Positions 23,251 through 31,907 of a stretch of DNA of 64,000 bases are shown here, in pieces (the first letter of the stretch is position 1; the number at the start of each line of letters is the position of its first letter). The notes under the pieces are model-generated. The model did not search any database and was not told the origin of the DNA. It saw only the letters and a list, made by a program, of their open reading frames with translations. A program made the translations under genes and the position numbers. The DNA comes from Gammaproteobacteria bacterium (GTDB taxonomy: Bacteria; Pseudomonadota; Gammaproteobacteria; Natronospirales; REEB76), in the NCBI GenBank assembly GCA_027315405.1, contig DAHUYB010000087.1, forward strand, positions 9,672 to 73,671, in the 5' to 3' direction.

Positions 23251-24834
23251 GTGGGGCGTAAATCCTGGTTATGGTGGACGGCTTGGTTAGCGATAGTCGC
23301 GCTAATAGGCTGGTGTGGACCCGCGCTGGCGGATCAGGGCGCCAGCCAGACCGCGCCAGCGACCCCGACTGGCATTCCCGACTACAGCAGCCCATCGGCT
23401 TGGAATCAGACCGCAACGTCACAGTCAGACCAAATCGGCGTTATTCCCCAGCCGACGCTTGCCGCGCCCGGATTGGTGACGGGTATCACCTTAGGAGAAC
23501 TTTACACCAACAATCTCACGTTGGCGCCGTCCGGCAAGCCTAAACAATCCGATCTCATCACCTCAATCCAGCCGTTTTTAAAGTCAGCCTATAGTGCGCC
23601 GCGGTTCTCGGGTTTGCTCGATTACAGTGTGACGGGTTATCTATATCATCAACATTCCAAAGACAATCAGCTTTCCCAAAACCTCATTGCGCTGGGGACG
23701 CTTACGTTGCTCCCCCAGCATTTCTTTTTGAATGGCACTGCGCTCTACGGCCAGCAGATCATCAACAATGCCGCGCCCGCGGGATCGGGTACATTCTTTC
23801 TGACCAACAACCGCGCGAATGCGGCTAGAGGGGTGCTGAGCCCCTATTGGGTTGAGGATTTCGGCAGCGCAGGTATAGCGACCCTGGGATACAGCCACGG
23901 GCGGGTGGTCTACAACGTCCATGGGGGTATTCCGGGAGAGTCGAGCGCCACGCTATCTGGCATACCCGATGTCACCAGCAACAGTTTGCAGTTTAGCCTC
24001 GTAAGTCCCATTGATGTTACCTGGGGTTGGAATCTTAGTTATTCTGATCAGCGCCTTGAACCGGATTTTGGCACGGGCGTGCAGTATGCGGTGGCCAAAC
24101 TGGGAACTTCGTTGCAGGTGACTCCGGACACCCATCTGCTTGCCGACATTGGCAAGGAAAATAAATTCCTGCCCAACGGCACCGTGCAGAAGCTGGGCGC
24201 CGGCTTTTGGGATGCCGGTTTTGAATGGGCAAACACTCTGGATGACTTGAAGATGCTGATTGGACATCGCTTTTATGGGCGCAGTTATCAGCTTTCCTGG
24301 ACTCATATTGCCGCCTTGCTCACGACAGATTTGAGTTATACGGAAAGTCCTACCGATTTGAACCAGCAGTTACTGGGACAAAATCCGGGGGAGCTGATTA
24401 ACTCACCGCCGGGGATACCCCGGATTCCTTCTTTAACGGAACGCCAAGTCTATCTCAGCAAGCGTGCCACTGCTTCGGCAACTTACGTGACGGCCAAAAG
24501 CAGCTTGAGCGTCACGCTATATGATGAGCTGCGCACCTATTTCATCTTGAATAGCAGTCAAGAAAGAGTCGCGAATGCGGAAATATCATGGCTATTCGAT
24601 ATTGGAGTATTCACAACGCTTACACCCACCATTGGCTGGCAGCGTTACCAGTTTCAGAGTGGTCAGATAACTTACAATACCTATGAGCAACTGGCGCTCA
24701 TCCACCAGTTCAGCGCTGATAATACCGGCAGTATTAAACTACGTAGCGATTCAAGTAACGTTTATTCCGGAACACCCGGAGCACACGGCTATCGGGTATA
24801 CGTGGTATTCGTACAGTGGACGCATCTATTCTGA
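23251..24834 (+). CDS. outer-membrane beta-barrel protein of PEP-CTERM/EPS loci
   Basis: The GTG start sits 1 nt after the preceding stop. The signal peptide is ...WLAIVALIGWCGPALA/DQG. The sequence has an alternating beta-strand-like pattern and a C-terminal aromatic ...VFVQWTHLF. Confidence 0.78.
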   Translation: MGRKSWLWWTAWLAIVALIGWCGPALADQGASQTAPATPTGIPDYSSPSAWNQTATSQSDQIGVIPQPTLAAPGLVTGITLGELYTNNLTLAPSGKPKQSDLITSIQPFLKSAYSAPRFSGLLDYSVTGYLYHQHSKDNQLSQNLIALGTLTLLPQHFFLNGTALYGQQIINNAAPAGSGTFFLTNNRANAARGVLSPYWVEDFGSAGIATLGYSHGRVVYNVHGGIPGESSATLSGIPDVTSNSLQFSLVSPIDVTWGWNLSYSDQRLEPDFGTGVQYAVAKLGTSLQVTPDTHLLADIGKENKFLPNGTVQKLGAGFWDAGFEWANTLDDLKMLIGHRFYGRSYQLSWTHIAALLTTDLSYTESPTDLNQQLLGQNPGELINSPPGIPRIPSLTERQVYLSKRATASATYVTAKSSLSVTLYDELRTYFILNSSQERVANAEISWLFDIGVFTTLTPTIGWQRYQFQSGQITYNTYEQLALIHQFSADNTGSIKLRSDSSNVYSGTPGAHGYRVYVVFVQWTHLF

Positions 24835-24841
24835 GGATCAC

Positions 24842-25906
24842 ATGTATCAAGCGTTTTACAAACTGCGCGGCAAGCCCTTCCAGCTGACCCCCGACCCGCG
24901 CCTGCTCTTCCCGAGCAATGGACATAAGCGAGCCCTGTCGTATCTGCTCTATGGCTTGGAGCAGGGTGAAGGTTTTGTGATGATCACGGGTGCGGTAGGT
25001 ACTGGCAAGACACTCCTCATCCAAACACTTTTCGATAAATTGGCCGGCCGCCGTATCGCCACCGCCAGCATGGTTTCCGCCAATCTGGATGGGCCGGATC
25101 TGTTGCCGGCCGCCGCCGCGGCTTTCAAGTTGCCCTATGAAGGCCGCAGCAAGGCAGCATTGCTCCAGGATATCAAGGCTCACCTAATCAGCATGCGTGC
25201 GCGCTATACCGGTACTCTGCTGGTGGTGGATGAGGCTCAGACACTCACTCCTGCGGCGCTGGAGCTGTTACGCATCCTGTCAAACTTCGAGATTAACGGT
25301 CAGGCGCTGCTGCAGATATTCCTTGTGGGCCAGACGGAACTCAGACGTACCGTAACCTCCCATAATATGGAGCAACTGCGTCAGCGGATCATCGCTTCCT
25401 ATCGGTTGGATCCCTTGCTGCCTGATGAAAGTCACGACTACATCTTGCATCGCTTGCATGCAGTCGGCTGGAAGAGCGATCCGGAGTTCGCACCTGACAT
25501 TTTCCCGGAAGTGCAGCGTTTCAGCGGAGGCATTCCCCGCAAAATCAACCTCATTATGGACCGGTTGTTGCTTTACGGTTACCTGGAGGAACGGCATCAG
25601 CTGGGCCGGGATGCGCTCGCCGTTGTCCTGAACGAAATTCAGGAGGAGATGTCTGGAGTACCCCCCGCGCTTGAAGCGCCGCTTGTCGGGCAACAGAGTG
25701 CAAACCTCCAGCACACGCCAGCAATCTCCGAAAAAGAGGAGCAGTTGTCATCATTGGAAAGCAAACTCAATGATATTTTGAAGCAAATGCGTGAACGGAT
25801 AAGGCTCAAAGAGATGGCACGTTCCGGTAACGCTCACGGCAGCCAACCTGATGGGCCAACAGCGCCCGGTGTGCGGCGTATAGGATCGAAACGGGAGAGC
25901 AAGTGA
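24842..25906 (+). CDS. ExeA/GspA-like AAA ATPase (PEP-CTERM-locus secretion ATPase family)
   Basis: MYQAFYKLRGKPFQLTPDPRLLF... Walker A is ITGAVGTGKT and Walker B is LLVVDEAQ. Confidence 0.85.
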   Translation: MYQAFYKLRGKPFQLTPDPRLLFPSNGHKRALSYLLYGLEQGEGFVMITGAVGTGKTLLIQTLFDKLAGRRIATASMVSANLDGPDLLPAAAAAFKLPYEGRSKAALLQDIKAHLISMRARYTGTLLVVDEAQTLTPAALELLRILSNFEINGQALLQIFLVGQTELRRTVTSHNMEQLRQRIIASYRLDPLLPDESHDYILHRLHAVGWKSDPEFAPDIFPEVQRFSGGIPRKINLIMDRLLLYGYLEERHQLGRDALAVVLNEIQEEMSGVPPALEAPLVGQQSANLQHTPAISEKEEQLSSLESKLNDILKQMRERIRLKEMARSGNAHGSQPDGPTAPGVRRIGSKRESK

Positions 25907-26820
25907 CAGGCGTATTCACGGAGGATGCCGGTATCATCAATGCCATGACGGTGGACGTAGAGGATTATTTCCAGGTATCCGCCTTTGAAAAGCATATTCC
26001 CCGCGGCGATTGGCAACGATGGCCGCAACGAGTGGAGCGTAATACCAAAGTCATATTAGAACTCTTCGAGCGCAATAAGGTAAAAGGCACTTTTTTTGTT
26101 CTTGGTTGGGTGGCGGAACATTTCCCCGCCCTGATTCGTGCTATCGCGGAGTCCGGTCATGAGGTTGCCAGCCATGGCTACGGACATGAACGGCTTGTGA
26201 ATTTGACGCATGCGCAGTTCCGGGAGGGAATCAGGTGCACCAAGAGGCTTCTCGAAGACATTACCGGCCGCGAAGTATTGGGGTACAGGGCACCCAGTTA
26301 TTCAATCGGGCCAGATACTCTCTGGGCACATGAAGAATTGCGCATGGCAGGGTACCGTTACAGTTCCAGCATTGTTCCCATACGTCATGATCTGTATGGG
26401 ATGCCACAGGCACCGAGGTTTGCTTTTTTCCCGGATCAGGTAGGGTTATTGGAGATACCCGTTACCACGGTTGCCTTGTTAGGACGCAATTGGCCATGTG
26501 GCGGAGGCGGGTTCTTCAGGCTGTTGCCGTATCTGCTGTTCAGAAAAGGACTGCGGTATGTAAACCGGCATGATAAACGTCCGGGGGTCTTTTATTTTCA
26601 CCCTTGGGAACTTGATCCCGGACAGCCGCGCGTACCGGATGTGCCTTTCAGGGACCGGGTGCGCCATTATCTGAATTTGAATCGCATGGCTACAAAATTG
26701 GGTGCGCTGCTCAGGGATTTTCGTTTTGATCGCATGGATAGGATATTTTTAGAGAAGGCTGACCAGCACTACCCGGTTGTGGTGCTTGAAAACCTGAAGT
26801 TCAGCGCCAGGGAGGCGTGA
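25903..26820 (+). CDS. polysaccharide deacetylase (NodB-like, PEP-CTERM-locus subfamily)
   Basis: ...MTVDVEDYFQVSAFE... and ...GHEVASHGYGHE.... GTGA overlap with the upstream gene. An alternative ATG start is at 25945. Confidence 0.86.
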   Translation: MTGVFTEDAGIINAMTVDVEDYFQVSAFEKHIPRGDWQRWPQRVERNTKVILELFERNKVKGTFFVLGWVAEHFPALIRAIAESGHEVASHGYGHERLVNLTHAQFREGIRCTKRLLEDITGREVLGYRAPSYSIGPDTLWAHEELRMAGYRYSSSIVPIRHDLYGMPQAPRFAFFPDQVGLLEIPVTTVALLGRNWPCGGGGFFRLLPYLLFRKGLRYVNRHDKRPGVFYFHPWELDPGQPRVPDVPFRDRVRHYLNLNRMATKLGALLRDFRFDRMDRIFLEKADQHYPVVVLENLKFSAREA

Positions 26821-26823
26821 TTC

Positions 26824-27882
26824 ATGCTGAATGGCCTGAGCACCGGCAGCTCTAAGGGTTGTCTCGTTAAACGTCTTGAATCGGCCGATGCGGGCCGGTG
26901 GGATGCCTTTGCACTGTCCTCACCCCAGGCAACCTTTTTCCATCGTTTTGGATGGTCCAGGGTCATTCAACGGGCATTTGGTCATCGCTGTCACTATCTT
27001 TATGCCGAGAACGCCGGGAAATTCGCCGGAATCCTGCCCCTGGTTGAAATCAAGAGCAGATTATTCGGCCATTCGCTGATTTCAACACCATTTTGCGTCT
27101 ATGGCGGAGTTGTGGCGGAGCATGAGAGTGTTGCGGCACTCCTCAGACAGGCTGCAAGCAGTTTGGCCGAAGAGCTGGCAGTGGATTATCTGGAGCTTCG
27201 AAACCGGAAATCCGCCGCTTCCTCCTGGCCCACCAAGGATCTGTATGTAACCTTTCGCAAGACTATCCATCTGGATCATGACGCAAATTTCAAAGACATC
27301 CCCCGCAAACAGCGGGCCATGGTTCGCAAGGGCATCGAGGCGGGTCTGGAAGCTGATGCCGATGGCGAATTGGGACAGTTCTATGGTGTTTATGCGGAAA
27401 GCGTACGCAATTTGGGTACTCCGGTCTTTGCCAAGAAATATTTTGCGCTGCTCCAAGAGGAATTTTCCGATGCCTGCGAAATCACTGTAGTTGCCCACGG
27501 CGTTAAGCCTGTGGCAGCGGTCATGAGTTTTTACTTTAGGGATGAAGTTCTGCCCTATTATGGGGGGAGCACCGCTGCTGGACGGGATATGAAAGCCAAT
27601 GACTTCATGTATTGGGCTGTTATGCAACGCGCCGTGGAAAGAGGCGTGCGGCTTTTCGATTACGGCAGGAGCAAGCGCGACACCGGTTCCTATCATTTCA
27701 AGAAGCATTGGGGTTTTGAGCCCGAACCGTTGCATTATGAATATTATCTGGCGCGAGCCAAGACCCTGCCGGATGTAAGTCCCGTTAATCCGAAATACCG
27801 CTTCTTCATCAAAGCCTGGCAACACCTGCCGCTTCCAGTCAGCCGTACAATCGGCCCCTGGATTGCACGTGGTCTCGGGTAG
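26824..27882 (+). CDS. FemAB-related/GNAT-fold protein (PEP-CTERM-system associated)
   Basis: 352 aa. ...ATFFHRFGWSRVIQRAFGH... and ...GTPVFAKKYF.... Both size and position match the FemAB-like member of XrtA loci. Confidence 0.78.
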   Translation: MLNGLSTGSSKGCLVKRLESADAGRWDAFALSSPQATFFHRFGWSRVIQRAFGHRCHYLYAENAGKFAGILPLVEIKSRLFGHSLISTPFCVYGGVVAEHESVAALLRQAASSLAEELAVDYLELRNRKSAASSWPTKDLYVTFRKTIHLDHDANFKDIPRKQRAMVRKGIEAGLEADADGELGQFYGVYAESVRNLGTPVFAKKYFALLQEEFSDACEITVVAHGVKPVAAVMSFYFRDEVLPYYGGSTAAGRDMKANDFMYWAVMQRAVERGVRLFDYGRSKRDTGSYHFKKHWGFEPEPLHYEYYLARAKTLPDVSPVNPKYRFFIKAWQHLPLPVSRTIGPWIARGLG

Positions 27883-27886
27883 CTGC

Positions 27887-29137
27887 ATGCAGGAGCTGCT
27901 GTTTCTGTGCCATCGGCTTCCGTATCCTCCCAACAAGGGCGACAAGATTCGCTCCTATCACTTATTACGGCATTTTGCCGAGAAATATCGCCTGCACCTC
28001 GGGACATTTGTGGATGACCCGGCGGATTGGCGGTATGTCGAGACGGTCAAGACGCTGTGTGCCGAGACCTGTATTCGCCCCCTGAATCCACTCTGGGCAC
28101 GTCTCAAGGTCTTGACAGCACTCGGGCGGGCAGAACCGCTCACCGTGGCTTATTACCGTGACCGGGTGATGCAACGCTGGGTGGACCGGATCCTGGCGAG
28201 GGCAACGGTGAAGGCAGTGGTAGCGTTTTCATCCGGCATGGCCCCATTCATGCTGCGAGCGGGCAGAGTGCGCCGGATAATGGATTTTGTAGATGTGGAT
28301 TCGGATAAATGGCGCCAATATACCGAAACCCATACAGGTATTGCCAGCATGATTTACCGGCGTGAAGCAAAGTGCCTCGCCGACTTTGAATTACGAGTGG
28401 CTGCCGAATCTGACGCTTGCACATTCGTGTCTGGAGCTGAAGCGGAATTTTTCCGCAAGCATGTTCCCGGCCTTGCGAGCAAGATTCACGGTATCCCCAA
28501 CGGCGTGGATACGGATTATTGGGATCCGATGCGCGATTACCCCAACCCCTACGCGCAAGGTCAGAGGACCCTGGTATTTGTCGGCGCCATGGATTACTGG
28601 GCCAATGCCCAGGGCGCGCAATGGTTTGCTAGCGCCGTCTGGCCACAGATACATAATAGATTTCCCGTTGCACGCTTTTATATTGTGGGGAGTAATCCTT
28701 CCAGGGCGGTAAGTGCGCTCGCCCGCATTGAGGGAGTGGTGATAACCGGTCGTGTCGAGGACGTTCGGCCTTACATATCCCATGCGCACGCCGTTGTCGC
28801 TCCCTTGCGCATCGCCCGCGGCATACAGAACAAGGTGCTGGAAGCGCTGGCCATGGGCAAGGTACTGTTGGCAACACCGCAGGCATACGAGGGTATTGAG
28901 GACTACAAGGAACGCCAGGGCTGTGTAAGTGACTCGGTGGACATTCTGGTGCGGGAGGCCGTGCGCTGGCTGGCGGAACCGACTCCGGCCGAGGTACCGG
29001 CAGTTCGGCAGCGGCTGCTTTCCTCTTATAGCTGGCAAAAGCTTTTTGACCGGTTTGATGTCCTGCTCAATGATGCAGCCGTGCTGGATGAAAGCCCAGC
29101 CGGATTTGCGGCTTCACCGGTTCGGGAGGCGCAGTGA
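27887..29137 (+). CDS. glycosyltransferase, 'stp1' type (PEP-CTERM/EpsH1-associated GT4-like)
   Basis: MQELLFLCHRLPYPPNKGDKIRSYHLLRH is the characteristic N-terminus. The C-terminal GT-B motif is ...APLRIARGIQNKVLEALAMGK.... It sits immediately upstream of xrtA. Confidence 0.85.
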   Translation: MQELLFLCHRLPYPPNKGDKIRSYHLLRHFAEKYRLHLGTFVDDPADWRYVETVKTLCAETCIRPLNPLWARLKVLTALGRAEPLTVAYYRDRVMQRWVDRILARATVKAVVAFSSGMAPFMLRAGRVRRIMDFVDVDSDKWRQYTETHTGIASMIYRREAKCLADFELRVAAESDACTFVSGAEAEFFRKHVPGLASKIHGIPNGVDTDYWDPMRDYPNPYAQGQRTLVFVGAMDYWANAQGAQWFASAVWPQIHNRFPVARFYIVGSNPSRAVSALARIEGVVITGRVEDVRPYISHAHAVVAPLRIARGIQNKVLEALAMGKVLLATPQAYEGIEDYKERQGCVSDSVDILVREAVRWLAEPTPAEVPAVRQRLLSSYSWQKLFDRFDVLLNDAAVLDESPAGFAASPVREAQ

Positions 29138-30711
29138 TGAGCCGGCTACTGGTGGTGAAATCCGGTAATTCAGCCCGCGTATCCGTATGGCAGGCTGCCG
29201 TCTGGGCGTTTGCAATTGTCGTGGTTATTCTCGGCGCCGGTTACTGGCGCACCATCGAATCATTGCTATGGGTATGGGGTCACGATGGAACATACCAATA
29301 TGCCTTTCTTATTTTTCCGCTGAGCATCTGGACCGCGTTCAATTTGCGTCACGAACTCCTGGCAGGCACTCCCAAGCCATGTATCTGGGGGTTGACGATA
29401 GTCGCCGGCCTGGGTTTTATCTGGCTTGTGGGCCAGCTTGTCAGTATCAATCTGGTACAGCATTTTGCCCTGGTCGCGATGTTCCCGGCATTAGTGCTGA
29501 CTTTCTGGGGTGCGCGCGCGGTTCGCGTACTGGCCTTTCCCCTGGGATATCTGGTATTTGCCATCCCATGGGGTGATTCGCTGGTGGGCCCATTACAGGA
29601 TTTCACCGCCCACTTCAGCGTGCGGGCCTTGGAATTGACCGGCACCCCGGTGATTCTCAATGGGCGTGAAATAATCACCCCCACGGCCACCTGGATGGTG
29701 GCGGATGCCTGCAGCGGCGTGAAATTCTTTATCGCCTGTACTGCATTAGGTTGCCTGTACGCATACCTTATATACCAGCGCTGGTGGAAGCGGATACTGT
29801 TTGTGCTGCTGGCGGCGGTGGTCCCCATTATTGCGAACGGCTTGAGGGTATTTTTTACCATCCTCATCGGCGACACCTGGGGCCTCAAATACGCCACCGG
29901 TACGGATCATCTGATATTTGGCTGGCAGTTTTTCGGCGGCGTGCTGGTTATCCTGTTGCTGCTGGGCTGGTTGTTTCGTGATCCTCTTGTCATAACCCGC
30001 CGTGTACCAAGCAATGGCCACAGGGCTTCCCCCTGGCATGGGGCTGTGTGGGCAATCGCCATCGTGCTGGTGATTGCCGGTCCGCTACTTGCGGCATGGA
30101 TACGATTACCCGGCGCCCCGGTTAACCAGGCGCAACTGGCGGCACCCCCAGTGCCCGGTTGGCTCGGACCAGAAAGTCCGCCGGCGAGCTGGAATCCGAG
30201 TTACCGCGGGGCCGCCGCTGAAATACAGGTGGCGTACCGTAACCGCGTCACCGGCGCCAGCATCGAGGTTTTTAATGCACTGTATCTCGGTCGCCCGCGC
30301 CGCGATCATAACCTGATTACCTACGGCAACAATGTCTATGATCCTGCTACGGCGAGAGTGTTGAGCGCTGCCACCCGAAGGATCCCCCTGGCCAGCGGGC
30401 ACTCAGCCCGAGTGCGGGAGCTGCGTCTGTCAACCGCGAACGGTCCGCGCATCGTCTGGTACTGGTACTGTGTCAATGGCCACTGCACAGCTTCCGCCAT
30501 ATTGGTGAAGCTGATGCAGGGTTTTTATGCACTGACAGGACGTGACTCCCGCTCCTCGGTATGGGCGGTCTCGGCAGTTGAAAATGCGGGTGGACTCCAG
30601 GCGTTGCGCACGAGCATGGCGGCTTTCGTACGTGCGGTCCCCGGCATTATCGGACAGGGACCACACCCGGATGAATCAGTTTGGGTGCATTCAGCGGCAA
30701 GCCGGCCATGA
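29134..30711 (+). CDS. xrtA: exosortase A fused to an EpsI-family domain
   Basis: 525 aa with about 8 TM segments. The exosortase motifs are read directly: ...VADACSGVKFFIA... (Cys), ...IANGLRVFFTILIG... (Arg) and ...TDHLIFGWQFFGG... (His). A ~200-aa C-terminal soluble part, ...VWYWYCVNGHCTASAILVKL..., resembles EpsI. The start is either GTG 29134 or ATG 29137. Confidence 0.92.
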   Translation: MMSRLLVVKSGNSARVSVWQAAVWAFAIVVVILGAGYWRTIESLLWVWGHDGTYQYAFLIFPLSIWTAFNLRHELLAGTPKPCIWGLTIVAGLGFIWLVGQLVSINLVQHFALVAMFPALVLTFWGARAVRVLAFPLGYLVFAIPWGDSLVGPLQDFTAHFSVRALELTGTPVILNGREIITPTATWMVADACSGVKFFIACTALGCLYAYLIYQRWWKRILFVLLAAVVPIIANGLRVFFTILIGDTWGLKYATGTDHLIFGWQFFGGVLVILLLLGWLFRDPLVITRRVPSNGHRASPWHGAVWAIAIVLVIAGPLLAAWIRLPGAPVNQAQLAAPPVPGWLGPESPPASWNPSYRGAAAEIQVAYRNRVTGASIEVFNALYLGRPRRDHNLITYGNNVYDPATARVLSAATRRIPLASGHSARVRELRLSTANGPRIVWYWYCVNGHCTASAILVKLMQGFYALTGRDSRSSVWAVSAVENAGGLQALRTSMAAFVRAVPGIIGQGPHPDESVWVHSAASRP

Positions 30712-31904
30712 ATGAGAAACCCCGTATTACCCACGTGTTATATCGTCTGGATACCGGCGGTATGGAACAGATCGTCGTGACGCTGATAAACCAAACGTGT
30801 CAGCGTTACCATCATGCTGTGATTTGTCTGGAGGGATTCAGCGCTTTCCGGGAACGGATTGAGGATCCAGACGTACCTTGCGTGGCACTGCACAAGCAAC
30901 CCGGCAAGGATTGGGGTTGTTATATCAGGCTGTTTAAAGCACTAAAGGACTGCAAACCGGATCTGGTGCAGACCTACAACATTGGTGCCATTGACGCCGT
31001 AGCCATTGCGCGATTGGCGGGCGTGCGCCGCATAGTGCATGCAGAACGTGGGCGCGATGCCTCGGATCCGCGTGGCGAGAGCCGCAAGTATCGCTACTTG
31101 CGCCGCTGGCTTGCGCCGTGGATTGACCGATATCTGGCGGTGTCCGGGGAACTGGAAGGCTGGTTGACTGGGAAAGTGGGCATTGATCCGTCGCGGGTTG
31201 TGCGCATTCCCAACGGTGTTGATGTCAGCCGTTTTATACCGGCTCTGCGCAAAAAGACGGTGCGCCCCCTGCTGGGGACCTTCGCACCTCCGGGCACGGT
31301 GCTGGTCGGGACCGTCGGGCGGCTGGACCCGGTGAAAGATCAGCTGGGTCTGCTGTCCGCATTTCACCGTCTGCGCGACTTACTTCCCATGGAGCGGGAA
31401 CGCTTGCGCCTGGTCATCATCGGGGAGGGTAAGCAACGCCCGGAACTCGAGGCACGAATCTCACATCTCGGGCTTGGCGGACAAGTAGGTATGTTAGGTA
31501 ACCGCAGTGACGTAGCCGCCCTGCTCGCTGAATTCGATATCTTTGCGCTCTCATCCGTGGCAGAAGGTATGCCTGGCGTTTTGTTGGAAGCAATGGCGAC
31601 CAGTCTCCCGGTAGTGGCTACGGCAGTGGGTGGTACCAGCGAAGTGGTATTACCTGGTGAGACCGGCATACTGGTGCCTGCGAGTAATCCGCAAGAGCTG
31701 GCCCAAGCACTCGCCGGCTATGTCACGGATGAGACCCTGCGCGTGCGCCATGGCGTCGCAGGGCGGTTGCGCGTGGAGACACAATTCAGCCTGTCTGCCA
31801 TGGTCGCGGCTTACACCGCTCTTTATGATGAGCTTCTGAGCGATGCAACGCGGTATCCGCAAACGGCCGTGGATCCGCGCGTGGCCGGGCACAGGGAGCG
31901 CTAA
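30708..31904 (+). CDS. glycosyltransferase, 'stp2' type (GT4, PEP-CTERM/EpsH1-associated)
   Basis: ATGA overlap with xrtA. MNEKPRITHVLYRLDTGGMEQIVV.... The GT-B C-terminal motif is ...SSVAEGMPGVLLEAMATSLPVVATAVGG..E. Confidence 0.86.
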   Translation: MNEKPRITHVLYRLDTGGMEQIVVTLINQTCQRYHHAVICLEGFSAFRERIEDPDVPCVALHKQPGKDWGCYIRLFKALKDCKPDLVQTYNIGAIDAVAIARLAGVRRIVHAERGRDASDPRGESRKYRYLRRWLAPWIDRYLAVSGELEGWLTGKVGIDPSRVVRIPNGVDVSRFIPALRKKTVRPLLGTFAPPGTVLVGTVGRLDPVKDQLGLLSAFHRLRDLLPMERERLRLVIIGEGKQRPELEARISHLGLGGQVGMLGNRSDVAALLAEFDIFALSSVAEGMPGVLLEAMATSLPVVATAVGGTSEVVLPGETGILVPASNPQELAQALAGYVTDETLRVRHGVAGRLRVETQFSLSAMVAAYTALYDELLSDATRYPQTAVDPRVAGHRER

Positions 31905-31907
31905 TCC

